Made by a program: the position numbers and the translations under genes
Notes under the pieces: generated by a model
What the model saw: the letters and a program-made list of their open reading frames with translations, nothing else
The model's database searches: none
Told to the model about the DNA's origin: nothing
Shown: piece after piece, positions 36,694 to 45,966 of the stretch
Position numbering within the stretch: position 1 is the stretch's first letter
Layout: each line of letters opens with the position of its first letter
Assembly: GCA_963817575.1 (NCBI GenBank)
Contig: CAWFOY010000003.1
Location: 1,680 to 65,679 of the forward strand
From: an uncultured Gemmatimonadales bacterium
Lineage (GTDB): Bacteria > Gemmatimonadota > Gemmatimonadetes > Gemmatimonadales > GWC2-71-9
Length of the DNA stretch: 64,000 bases
Direction: 5' to 3'

Positions 36694-38073
36694 TCAGCGG
36701 CCGAGCACGTGGCGGAACGCACTCTCGACCGTTGGATGGCGGAACCGAAAGCCCAGGCGCTGCAGCCGTGAGGGGAGGACGCGTTGGCTCGCGAGCAGGG
36801 TCTCGTCGGCGAGCTCCCCGAAGAGGGCTCGGAGCGCGAAGGCGGGCGCCGGGACGACCGAGGGACGGCTCAACACGCGGCCCAGCGTCGCGACGAATTC
36901 CCGGTTCTGGACCGGCTCCGGGGCCGTCGCGTTCACCGGTCCGGCCAACCGGTGATCGAAGAGTGCCTCGTGAATTGCATCGACGGCGTCGTCGATCGAA
37001 ATCCAGCTCATCCACTGCCGGCCGGATCCGATGGGGCCGCCCGCACCGAGGAGAAATGGCGGCAGCATCCGGGCGAGCGCACCGCCCGCCGGGCTCAGCA
37101 CAATGCCGAATCGCAAATGCACGATCCGGATGCCTGCCTCCGCGGCCGGCGCCGTTGCGCCCTCCCACTCGCGTCCGACCTCCGCGAGAAAGCCGTCCTT
37201 GACGGGGCTGTCCTCGTCGAGGAGCTCGTCGCCCCTGTCACCGTAGATGCCGACCGCCGAGGCGGTAATCAGGACCTCCGGGCGCTGGCGCAGGCGGGCG
37301 ACTGCTTCGGCGATCGCCCTGCTCCCGCGCGTCCGGCTCTCGCGGATTCGGCGTTTGCGTTCCGCGGTCCATCGCCCACCCGCGATGTTCTCCCCCGCCA
37401 GGTGGACCACCGCGTCCACCCCTTCCATCGCGGCCAGGTCCACTCGGCCCGTCGAAGGATCCCAGCCGATCTCTCCCGCGGCGGCGGCGCGCCGCACCAA
37501 CGGCCGCACGGCGTGGCCGCCGGACCGCAGGAATGCGCGTGCCTGGGTCCCGATGAGCCCGCCGGCGCCGGAGAGGGCCACGGTTCGCCGCGGACCGCTG
37601 GCGTGCCGTTGATGGGAATACAGATCCGCCGTCGTGACGTCGTGGCGGTACCGGAAGGTGCGTTCGAGCTCGCGGCCGAGGTAGCCGCCCCCGAGCATGG
37701 CCCCGGCCTCCCCGAAAGGAGGTACGTATTCGACTCGATCCCGCATCGAAGATCGACCCGGGCCAAGGGCCTCGAACTGATGGTGGTGCCGCCACTGGGC
37801 GAAGGGCCCGTCGACCTGCTCGTCCACGAACGCCTGCCCTGGCACGACTTCCCGATAGACCAGCACCCACTTCACGCGCACCGGGCCGATGGGCACCTCG
37901 AGCACGACCCGCCCGCCTTCGGCGAGGGCACCCGGGCGCTCGAGCAGGCGAATCTGGGACCATGGCGGCAGGAGCCGCTCGAGCGCGCCTTCCCGGGCGT
38001 GCCACTCGTAGGCAGCCTCGGAGCCGACCGGGAGGTCGGTTGCCCGGGAGAAGATCTCGGGGGAGCTGGTCAG
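36694..38073 (-). CDS. SRPBCC domain fused to a YfcH/TIGR01777-type NAD-dependent epimerase-like (SDR, DUF1731) protein; start codon uncertain
   Basis: The SDR part is ..VALSGAGGLIGTQARAFLRSGGHAV..VVHLAGENIAGGRWT..RIRESR..GSGRQWMSWISIDD... The conserved SRPBCC N-terminus (..FSRATDLPVGSEAAYEWHAREGALERLLPPWSQIRLLE..) lies upstream of the first canonical start (GTG 37905). The 5' end is placed at CTG 38073 (see findings); the minimal version is 36694..37905. Confidence 0.7.
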   Translation of the reverse strand: MTSSPEIFSRATDLPVGSEAAYEWHAREGALERLLPPWSQIRLLERPGALAEGGRVVLEVPIGPVRVKWVLVYREVVPGQAFVDEQVDGPFAQWRHHHQFEALGPGRSSMRDRVEYVPPFGEAGAMLGGGYLGRELERTFRYRHDVTTADLYSHQRHASGPRRTVALSGAGGLIGTQARAFLRSGGHAVRPLVRRAAAAGEIGWDPSTGRVDLAAMEGVDAVVHLAGENIAGGRWTAERKRRIRESRTRGSRAIAEAVARLRQRPEVLITASAVGIYGDRGDELLDEDSPVKDGFLAEVGREWEGATAPAAEAGIRIVHLRFGIVLSPAGGALARMLPPFLLGAGGPIGSGRQWMSWISIDDAVDAIHEALFDHRLAGPVNATAPEPVQNREFVATLGRVLSRPSVVPAPAFALRALFGELADETLLASQRVLPSRLQRLGFRFRHPTVESAFRHVLGR

Positions 38074-38915
38074 CTGACCGTGAACTCCTCTACCATCCCG
38101 TGAACGAAATGCGGCTTGCCGTCGACCGCGTCAGGAACGAAGCAGATCAGGGCATACTTGCCCGGCGACAGGTCCACGGGGAAGGACGCGCTGATCCCTG
38201 TGGCGATGGCGGAGACCCCGCCAATCGGGGTCGCGGGCGGCGGGCCCTTCATGCCACCATCGACCCACTCGGGAAACGACAGGGCGGTGGCGCCCTCGGC
38301 GAGACGTACCAGCACCACCTCATGGGGCTGGCCTGCCTGATTCACTACGTGGATCTGGTGCGCGCCAGCGGTCAGCGGAGCGGAGAGCCCGAATGCGTAA
38401 TCGGTCAGGACCATCTCGACGTCCCCGGTCGGATTTCCCCCCACCGCGCCTTCTGCAACCACGTCGAAGCTCGCGATCATCCCCTTGGCCAGGTGGGGCA
38501 TGCCATCCGAGCCAGGGATAAAGCAGACCATCGCGTGCGGGCCGGCCTCGAGCCGGAGCGTTACCGAAGGATCCGGCAGTCCCGGCGCCGACGGGTTCGG
38601 CCCACCGGCGGGGATTGCCCATGCCGGAAGCGGGCCGCCGGCCTGCAATGCCGAGGTGAAATCGGCGAAGCTCTTGCCGCCCTCGAGCCGGAAGAGCTGG
38701 ATGTGATGCATTTCCTTGCCGGCATTGACCATTCTGACCGTGGTCAGGCCGGCCGGGATGGAGGTGGAAGGCAGCTTGAACCCATACTCCTCGGTGACGA
38801 CGGTGAACACGTTGGGGCTGGTTTCAGTTGACCCGGCCGCCGCCGATTTCTCGGCGGGGCGGCAGGCAAGCACGGCGAGGAGCACGAGCGGTAGTCCAGG
38901 GTCGAACCGGCGCAT
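38070..38915 (-). CDS. Lipoprotein with two cupredoxin-like (type-1 copper ligand pattern) domains
   Basis: From ATG 38915: MRRFDPGLPLVLLAVLAC (lipobox). Two repeats each carry a His..Cys..His..Met set: ..GKEMHHIQL..MVCFIPGSDGMPHLAKGM.. and ..GQPHEVVL..LICFVPDAVDGKPHFVHGM... Confidence 0.6.
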   Translation of the reverse strand: MRRFDPGLPLVLLAVLACRPAEKSAAAGSTETSPNVFTVVTEEYGFKLPSTSIPAGLTTVRMVNAGKEMHHIQLFRLEGGKSFADFTSALQAGGPLPAWAIPAGGPNPSAPGLPDPSVTLRLEAGPHAMVCFIPGSDGMPHLAKGMIASFDVVAEGAVGGNPTGDVEMVLTDYAFGLSAPLTAGAHQIHVVNQAGQPHEVVLVRLAEGATALSFPEWVDGGMKGPPPATPIGGVSAIATGISASFPVDLSPGKYALICFVPDAVDGKPHFVHGMVEEFTVS

Positions 38916-39051
38916 GGGAATCTCCACAGGGGCTGGAATTAATGGCGACACAATTCTCGCACCGGAGGGGCGCCCGCGCCAGCCACGTTCTTACCGCGGG
39001 CCCATGGCGGGCGTATGTTACGGCCGTCTACCGCACGCAGGAGAGATCCTG

Positions 39052-40956
39052 ATGGTCCGAACTCACCGTGCCGGCCTGCTGCTGGCCTGGCTCGCCCTCT
39101 CGCCCATCGGATTACGGGCTCAAGGTTGGACCGAATCGCCGTTCCGGCCGCTCGACCTGCCGACGCCCAACAGCGTCCGGAACGGGGCAGGCCGTCCCGG
39201 CGCGGGCTACTGGCAGCAGGAAGTGGACTATCGCATCGAGGCGGCTCTCGATCCGGCGGCCAACCTCCTGCGGGGCTCTGCGCGCATCACCTACCGCAAT
39301 CGGTCGCCCGACTCCCTCCCGTATCTCTGGATGCACCTCGAGCAGAACATGTGCGCTCCGGGGAGCATCACCAACCAGCTCGATCAGCCGCCGCTCGTAT
39401 TCCTGGGGTCCACCTTCGACTTCTCCTGCAAGGGATTCGCCGGTGGGCTCGTGCTGGAGCGGATCGCGGCGGGTGGCTCCCCGCTCGAGCACACTACTTA
39501 CGGCACGACGATGCGGGTGGACCTGCCGCGGCCAATTCCGCCAGGGGCCACGTTCGAATTCGAGGTGGCCTGGCGGTTCCCTGTGCCGCCCTACGGCGGA
39601 GGCCGGATGGGTCACGACGGCACCCTCTATCAGGTTGCACAGTGGTATCCGCGACTCGCGGTCTACGACGACCTGCGGGGCTGGAATCACGAGCCGTACA
39701 TCGGGGCCGGCGAGTTCTACCTCGAGTACGGCCGGTTCGACGTGGCTCTCACCCTTCCGGCCACGTACATCGTCGGCGCCACAGGAACGCTGGAGAATCC
39801 GGCCGAGGTGCTGACGGCCGCGCAGCGCGAGCGCCTCTCACGGGCAGGGGCATCCAGCGAGCCGGTCGCGGTGGTCCGGCGCGATGAAGCGGGCAGGGCG
39901 TCGCAGACTCGGCCAACCGCCAGCGGAACGCTCACCTGGCGCTGGAGCGCGGACAGCGTCCGCGATTTTGCGTTTGCGGCGAGTCCGGACTTTCAATGGG
40001 ATGCGGTGGGGTGGGACGGGATCCTGGTGCAGACCCTGTACCGTCCCCAGGCGACGCTTTGGGCGGAGGCTGCCCGGATGACCCGGGATGCGATGCGCTA
40101 CTACAGCGAAAAGTGGCACCGGTATCCCTATCCCCAATTCACGAGCGTCGAGGGTCCGATCGAAGGCATGGAGTATCCGATGATCACCTTCGATCCTGCC
40201 GGGCCGGCCCGGGAGGACCTCCACTGGGTCCTTGCCCACGAGCTGGGCCACCAGTGGGTCCCGATGCTCGTGGGGTCCAACGAGCGGCTCTATCCGTGGA
40301 TGGACGAAGGGTTCAACACGTTCATTGACCTCGCGAACGCAGCCCTCTACTTCAAGGGCACCGCGTACGGCGACTCGATCGAGGTCCACCCTCTCCACCT
40401 CTACCCGGACCACGCCGCGCCCGGCACCGAGCAACCGCTCATCACCGCGCCCGTCGAGGTCAAGGATCTGTTCTGGGTCGGCTATCAGAAGCCCGCGCTG
40501 ATGATGCAGTTGCTCCGCCACGAAGTCCTCGGCCCGGAGCGGTTCGATCATGCGTTCCGGGAGTACCTCTCGGCGTGGGCGTTCAGGCATCCAGGCCCCG
40601 CAGACTTCTTCCGGCTCATGCGGGACGCTTCGGGGATGGACCTCGACTGGTTCTGGCGGAGCTGGGTGTTGGGTACTGAGCGTCTCGATCAGGCGGTCGA
40701 GCGGATCGCTCCGGAGTCCGGAGGCGTCACCGCGATCGTGCTCGTCAACCGGGGCACGATGGTGATGCCGGCCGAGCTCCGGCTGGAGTATCGTGATGGC
40801 AAGGCCGACACGATCCGGCTCCCGGTCGAGATGTGGAATCAGGGCCCCCGATTCACCTACCGGGTGCGGAGCGGACGGCCCGTCGTGGCGGCGGAGCTCG
40901 ATCCGCGCCGGGCGCTGCCCGATGTGGACCGCTCCAACAATGCCCTGAGGCCCTGA
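39052..40956 (+). CDS. M1-family zinc metallopeptidase (aminopeptidase N-like), secreted
   Basis: ATG 39052 is preceded by AGGAGA. It has a signal peptide MVRTHRAGLLLAWLALSPIGLRAQG, the zinc motif VLAHELGHQW followed by WMDEGFNTF (HExxH-18-E). The track ORF's upstream extension overlaps the divergent gene. Confidence 0.85.
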   Translation: MVRTHRAGLLLAWLALSPIGLRAQGWTESPFRPLDLPTPNSVRNGAGRPGAGYWQQEVDYRIEAALDPAANLLRGSARITYRNRSPDSLPYLWMHLEQNMCAPGSITNQLDQPPLVFLGSTFDFSCKGFAGGLVLERIAAGGSPLEHTTYGTTMRVDLPRPIPPGATFEFEVAWRFPVPPYGGGRMGHDGTLYQVAQWYPRLAVYDDLRGWNHEPYIGAGEFYLEYGRFDVALTLPATYIVGATGTLENPAEVLTAAQRERLSRAGASSEPVAVVRRDEAGRASQTRPTASGTLTWRWSADSVRDFAFAASPDFQWDAVGWDGILVQTLYRPQATLWAEAARMTRDAMRYYSEKWHRYPYPQFTSVEGPIEGMEYPMITFDPAGPAREDLHWVLAHELGHQWVPMLVGSNERLYPWMDEGFNTFIDLANAALYFKGTAYGDSIEVHPLHLYPDHAAPGTEQPLITAPVEVKDLFWVGYQKPALMMQLLRHEVLGPERFDHAFREYLSAWAFRHPGPADFFRLMRDASGMDLDWFWRSWVLGTERLDQAVERIAPESGGVTAIVLVNRGTMVMPAELRLEYRDGKADTIRLPVEMWNQGPRFTYRVRSGRPVVAAELDPRRALPDVDRSNNALRP

Positions 40957-40979
40957 CGCGATGCACACACGGGACCGGA

Positions 40980-41390
40980 GTGGTCGTGGCTGAGTCCGAC
41001 CGCCTGCGAGACTTCCTCGCGCGCCACGGGGCCTCCCCTCGGGTGGTGGCGGGAGGGCTCGAGGTGCTGCTCAGAGGTTGGGAGCAGACGGTGACGGCCG
41101 TAGAGGCCGGATACGCGCTGACGCTCGACGATTACCTGAGCGATGTGGATGGCCGGCAACTGCTGGCACAGGCCCTCGAAGTCGCCTCCGCCGACCAGGC
41201 GGCCCAGGTCGCGGCTCGGCTCGCGGCGCTCGATGAGCGGATGCGGGCGGCGGTGGAGCCGGTCCGCCGCTGCGTCTGGGGCCATATCGTCGAAGAGGAA
41301 GAGGGCTGGACGCCCGAACGGAACTGGTGGTACTACGCGCGCCCGAGGCGAGGGACCCCGGCGTTCCTGGAGGAGTTCGGCCGGGACTAG
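40980..41390 (+). CDS. Hypothetical protein
   Basis: About 136 aa from GTG 40980 (start uncertain). Codon usage looks coding, but I recognise no family. Its TAG stop and the convergent M50 gene's stop share the palindrome CTAG (41387..41390). Confidence 0.4.
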   Translation: MVVAESDRLRDFLARHGASPRVVAGGLEVLLRGWEQTVTAVEAGYALTLDDYLSDVDGRQLLAQALEVASADQAAQVAARLAALDERMRAAVEPVRRCVWGHIVEEEEGWTPERNWWYYARPRRGTPAFLEEFGRD

Positions 41391-42505
41391 GACTGGCGGG
41401 AGGCGACCGGTGACGCCCGCCGGACGAGCAGCAGGTCGGAGATGTTGTCCGTCGTCAGCAATCCGACAAGGGTGCCGGACCCATCCACGACGGGCAGCGC
41501 GGGAAGGCCGCTCTGGCGGAGCCGCTCCAGCGCATCGGCGAACGGGAGGCCCGGGGCGACAGGCGTCACCGGGCGCGTCACCGCCTGATCCACGATCGAT
41601 CCCGGCCCGCGCTCGGCAAGCCCCCGGATCAGATTCTCACGCGTCAGTATCCCCTCAACCTTCCCCCAGTTGTCCACCACCGGAAACTCCCGCTGCTCCC
41701 CCTCGAGCAGCGCGTTGACCGCCTCCTGCAGCGTCGCGTGGGCGGGGAGCGAGCGGAACCGGGTGATCATCATCCTGCTGACGTCGAGCCCCCGGCCGGC
41801 CAGCTTCGTCTCGACCGCGGCGGCCTCCCCGCCGGCCCCGAAAAACACGAAGACGGCGATCAGCACCAGGAAGGCGTTGGGTGCGAGCCCCCACGCCGCG
41901 AAGAAGCCGAGCCCCCAGAGTCCCAGGCCCACGGCCAGGAGCTGGCCGATGTTGGCGGCCACCCGGGTGGCCCGGGCGAGGCCCAGCCGCATCGCGAGGA
42001 GCGCACGAAGCACCCGTCCGCCATCCATCGGGAAGGCCGGGAGCATGTTGAACAGCAGCAGGACGACATTCACCCACATGATCTTCTGCAGGAGCCCGCT
42101 GGCGGCCGGGTCGAGCTGCTCGGGCGAGAGTGGCGTCCCGGTCAGCCGGAGGGCGCCATACAATCCAAGTGCGATTGCGAGGGTCACCGCCGGTCCTGCG
42201 AGCGCGATGAGCAGTTCCTGCTTCGGCTCCTCGGGGATGCGCTCCAGCCGGGCGAGGCCGCCAATGGGAAGGAGGATGACGTCCGGCGTGCGCACGCCGA
42301 AGCGCCGGGCCATCAGGATGTGCCCGAATTCGTGGAGCACGACGCAGGTGAAGAGCGCCAGGAGGAAAATGGTTCCGCGGAGCGCCAGCGAGGCACCTCC
42401 GCGCGCCCAGGCTTCCCAGGCGTACCAGACGAGGAGCAGCACGAAGGTGGCGTGCACCTTGATGTCGGTTTCGCCCACCCGGCCGATGCGATACGACCAC
42501 TTCAT
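41387..42505 (-). CDS. Site-2 (M50) family membrane metalloprotease with a C-terminal CBS pair
   Basis: 372 aa. It has HEFGH in TM (..CVVLHEFGHILMARRFG..), a second motif ..NMLPAFPMDGGRVL.., and two CBS-like repeats at the C-terminus. Confidence 0.85.
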   Translation of the reverse strand: MKWSYRIGRVGETDIKVHATFVLLLVWYAWEAWARGGASLALRGTIFLLALFTCVVLHEFGHILMARRFGVRTPDVILLPIGGLARLERIPEEPKQELLIALAGPAVTLAIALGLYGALRLTGTPLSPEQLDPAASGLLQKIMWVNVVLLLFNMLPAFPMDGGRVLRALLAMRLGLARATRVAANIGQLLAVGLGLWGLGFFAAWGLAPNAFLVLIAVFVFFGAGGEAAAVETKLAGRGLDVSRMMITRFRSLPAHATLQEAVNALLEGEQREFPVVDNWGKVEGILTRENLIRGLAERGPGSIVDQAVTRPVTPVAPGLPFADALERLRQSGLPALPVVDGSGTLVGLLTTDNISDLLLVRRASPVASRQS

Positions 42506-42705
42506 TGGGACCCGTCCCGACGGGGGATACCGGTAATCTGGACTGGTCGGGCGCCCGAGGGCAGGCCATCGGTGTCTTTCGGGCGCCTCAGTGATCGGTT
42601 AACATTGACGCCGTCAACCTCTGCCGGAGTCACGACATCACCACAGTTACTCCCCCGAGCGCGCCTCCCGCCTGGACGGTCAAGGACGCCGAGAAGCTGT
42701 ACAAC

Positions 42706-44561
42706 ATGAACGGCTGGGGCCTCGGCTTCTTCCGCATCAACCCGGAAGGGCATGTCACCGTCCACGCCGACGGCAATCCAAAGCGGGGGCTGGATCTCTA
42801 CCAGCTCGCGATGGACCTGCATGCCCAGGGTGTCGGCCTGCCGCTGCTCCTCCGGTTCTCGGACATCTTGCGTGCACGCATCAACAACCTCGCCGGGGTT
42901 TTTCGGGAGGCGATCGGGGAGTTCGGCTACACCGGCGCGTATACGACGGTCTACCCGATCAAGGTCAACCAACAGCGGCATGTGGTGCAGGAGATCGTGG
43001 AGTTCGGCGCCGATCACGACGTGGGGCTGGAGTGCGGGAGCAAGCCGGAGCTTCAGGCCGTGCTGGGCCTGCACGAAAGCACGAAGCACGTCATCGTCTG
43101 CAATGGATACAAGGACGAGGAGTTCATGCGGCTGGCCCTCATGGGCCAGAAGCTCGGGCACCAGGTGTTCCTCGTGATGGAGCAGCTGCACGAGCTCGAT
43201 GTCCTGCTCGCGGTGGCCGAGGACATGGGCGTGGAACCGACGATCGGGGTGCGGATCAAGCTGGCTACGGAAGGCTCGGGCCGGTGGGCCAAGAGCGGGG
43301 GGAAAAGTCGAAGTTCGGGCTGAACGCGGTGGAGCTGATGCGGCTGCTCGACAAGCTCGAACGGCTCGGCCGGAAGGACATGCTCCGGCTGGTTCACTTT
43401 CATCTTGGGAGCCAGATCACCGATATCCGCCACGTCAAAGCGGCGCTCGAGGAGATCGGCCGGTATTACGCGGAGCTTCGCGGGATGGGCTTCGGCCTGA
43501 CTCACGTGGACGTCGGCGGCGGGCTGGGGGTGGATTACGACGGCTCGCGCTCGACCCGGCCGGCGAGTGTGAACTACACCATGCGGGAGTACGCCAACGA
43601 CGTCGTCTACACGATCGGCAACGTGTGTCGCGAACACGACCTGGCGATGCCGCACCTGATCTCGGAATCCGGCCGCGCCCTCACGGCGCACCACTCACTG
43701 CTGCTCGTGAACGTGATCGATGTCGAGAGCCAGGTCGAGCCGGTGCCGCCGACACTCGGGGCGGATCCGCATCCCCTCCTGCGTGAAATGGCGGAGAACC
43801 TCGAATCGCTCACCCCGGACCGGGTGGACGAGGCCTTCCACGACGCACTCTTTGCCAAGGAGCGGACTAACGAGTACTTCGCCAGCGGTGCCTTCACGCT
43901 CCGCGACAAGGCGGACGCGGAGCAACTCTACCTGTGCACCCTGACGGCGATCCAGGAACTCCTTGGGGAGGACCGGGCCGGCAATCCCGAGATCATGGCC
44001 CATATCGACGCGACGCTCGTGGACCGGTATTTCTGCAACTTCTCCCTCTTTCAGTCGCTCCCCGACAACTGGGCGATCGACCAGCTCTTTCCGATCATGC
44101 CGATCCACCGGCTCAACGAGCGTCCGTCGCGCCGGGGCACGATGCAGGACGTGACCTGCGACTCGGACGGCGTGATTGACCGCTTCGCAGGCGGCCGGAA
44201 GGGCAAGCCCTCCCTCGAGCTGCATCCGTATCTCGAGAACGAGCCCTACATTCTCGGCATCTTCCTGACGGGAGCGTACCAGGAAATCCTGGGGGACCTG
44301 CACAACCTCTTCGGCGACACGAACGCCGTCCACGTGCGGATGACCGAGCAGGGGTACGAAGTGACCGACCTGGTGCACGGGGACACCGTGACCGAGGTTC
44401 TGAACTACGTGCAGTTCCACGCGACGGACCTGCTGGCCACCTGGCGCCGCAAGGTCGGGGCGGCCAAGGACCTGAGCCGTCAGGAGGCGAACATGTTCAT
44501 CGCCGAGTACGTGGCCGGGCTGGAGGGGTACACGTACCTCGAGGGTCAGGTCCAGGAGTAA
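42706..44561 (+). pseudogene. speA: Biosynthetic arginine decarboxylase, interrupted by an apparent 1-nt deletion in a G6 run (pseudogene or assembly error)
   Basis: Track ORFs 42706..43323 (frame 1) and 43032..44561 (frame 0) together give a full SpeA: ..GWGLGFFRINPEGHV..YPIKVNQQRHVV..GSGRWAKSGG | EKSKFGLNAVEL..HFHLGSQI..GGGLGVDYDG... The join is at GGGGGGAAAAG (43297..43307). The conserved ..WTVKDAEKLY.. lies upstream of ATG 42706 with no canonical start. Confidence 0.8.
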
Positions 44562-44585
44562 TGGTCGCGCCGACTCAGGAGCGAA

Positions 44586-45872
44586 TCACTTCCGCTCGTT
44601 GATCGGCACGAACGGCCGCGCGTCCTTCCCGGTGAAGATCTGGCGGGGCCGGGCGATCTTCTGATCCTTGTCGGTGATCATCTCCTCCCACTGCGCCAGC
44701 CAGCCGGGGGTCCGTCCGAGCGTGAAGAGGACGGTGAAATATTCGGTCGGATACCCCATGGCCTGGTAAATCAGTCCCGAGTAGAAATCCACGTTGGGAT
44801 ACAATTTCCGCTTGATGAAGTACTCGTCGGACAGGGCGATGCGCTCCAGCTCGACGGCGATCTCGAGCTTTGGATTGAGCCCGGTCTCCGCGAACACCCC
44901 ATCCGCCACCCGCTTGATCAGCTTGGCCCGGGGATCATACGACTTATAGACCCGGTGCCCGAAGCCCATCAGCCGGCCCTCGCCCGCCTTGACCTTCTCG
45001 ATGAACGCGGGGATGTGCTTCTTGTCGCCGATCTCGTCCAGCATATGGAGCACGGCTTCGTTGGCGCCGCCGTGGAGCGGGCCGTACAGTGCCGCGATGC
45101 CGGCGGAGATGGCGCTGAAGGGGTCCACGCCCGAGGATCCCACGGCCCGCACCGCGCTGGTCGAGCAGTTCTGCTCGTGGTCGGCGTGGAGGATGAGGAG
45201 GATCTCGAGCGCCCGCTGGAGGACCGCATTCGGCTTGTGCTGGCCGCCGATGCTGAACGTCATGTTGACGTAATTGCCGATGTAGTCGAGGTCGTTCCGC
45301 GGGAACTCGTAGGGGAGGCCGCGCGAATGCCGGAAGCAGAACGCGGCGAGCGTCGGCAGCTTGGCCATCAGACGCACCCGCTGGATGTAGCGGTTGGCCG
45401 GGTCGTGCACGTGTCTGGCGTCGGGGTAGAAGGTCGAGAGAGCGCCGGCGACGCCGAGCAGCATGCCCATCGGGTGGGCGTCGTAGCGGAACCCCTCGAG
45501 GAACTTGATGATGTTGGTGTGGACGTAGGTATGGTACATGATGTCGTGCGTCCACTTGTCGAGCTGCGCCGCCGTGGGGAGCTCGCCTTCGCAGAGCAGG
45601 TACGCGACCTCGAGGAAGCTCGCCCGATCCGCCAGCTCCTCGATCGGATAGCCGCGGTAGCGCAGGATGCCCTTGTCACCGTCGATGAAGGTGATGGCGC
45701 TCCGGCAGGCCGCCGTATTCATGAAGGCCGGATCATACGTCATCAGGCCGAAGTCGTCGTCGGAGGTCTTGATCTGGCGGAGATCCATCGCGCGGATCGT
45801 GCCGTCGGCGACGGGAAGCTCGTAATTCTTGCCGGTCCGGTTATCGGTAACTGTGAGGGACTCTTTGGACAC
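44586..45872 (-). CDS. gltA: Citrate synthase (type II, hexameric-type)
   Basis: 428 aa from GTG 45872, with GAGGA 7 nt upstream. MSKESLTVTDNRTGKNYELPV.., ..LILHADHEQNCSTS.., ..GPLHGGANE.. and ..GFGHRVYK..DPR.. are present. The 170-aa N-terminal extension in the track ORF is Arg/Ser/Pro-rich and looks non-coding. Confidence 0.93.
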   Translation of the reverse strand: MSKESLTVTDNRTGKNYELPVADGTIRAMDLRQIKTSDDDFGLMTYDPAFMNTAACRSAITFIDGDKGILRYRGYPIEELADRASFLEVAYLLCEGELPTAAQLDKWTHDIMYHTYVHTNIIKFLEGFRYDAHPMGMLLGVAGALSTFYPDARHVHDPANRYIQRVRLMAKLPTLAAFCFRHSRGLPYEFPRNDLDYIGNYVNMTFSIGGQHKPNAVLQRALEILLILHADHEQNCSTSAVRAVGSSGVDPFSAISAGIAALYGPLHGGANEAVLHMLDEIGDKKHIPAFIEKVKAGEGRLMGFGHRVYKSYDPRAKLIKRVADGVFAETGLNPKLEIAVELERIALSDEYFIKRKLYPNVDFYSGLIYQAMGYPTEYFTVLFTLGRTPGWLAQWEEMITDKDQKIARPRQIFTGKDARPFVPINERK

Positions 45873-45966
45873 GACGCGGTCCTCATGCGGGAGAAGGCGG
45901 CTGGATGTCGGGGAGGATAATAGCCGCCTTTTCCTTGCGCTCAATCCCCGGTATCGTTCGTCAGCG

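Noticed and set aside
43297-43307. Programmed -1 ribosomal frameshift at GGGGGGAAAAG in speA.
   Set aside because: In the incoming frame the codons are GGG GGG AAA AGT. This does not form a canonical X XXY YYZ slippery heptamer, because the A-site Lys tRNA would have to re-pair on GAA. I see no obvious downstream pseudoknot or stem. SpeA is not known to use recoding. A homopolymer indel is the simpler explanation.
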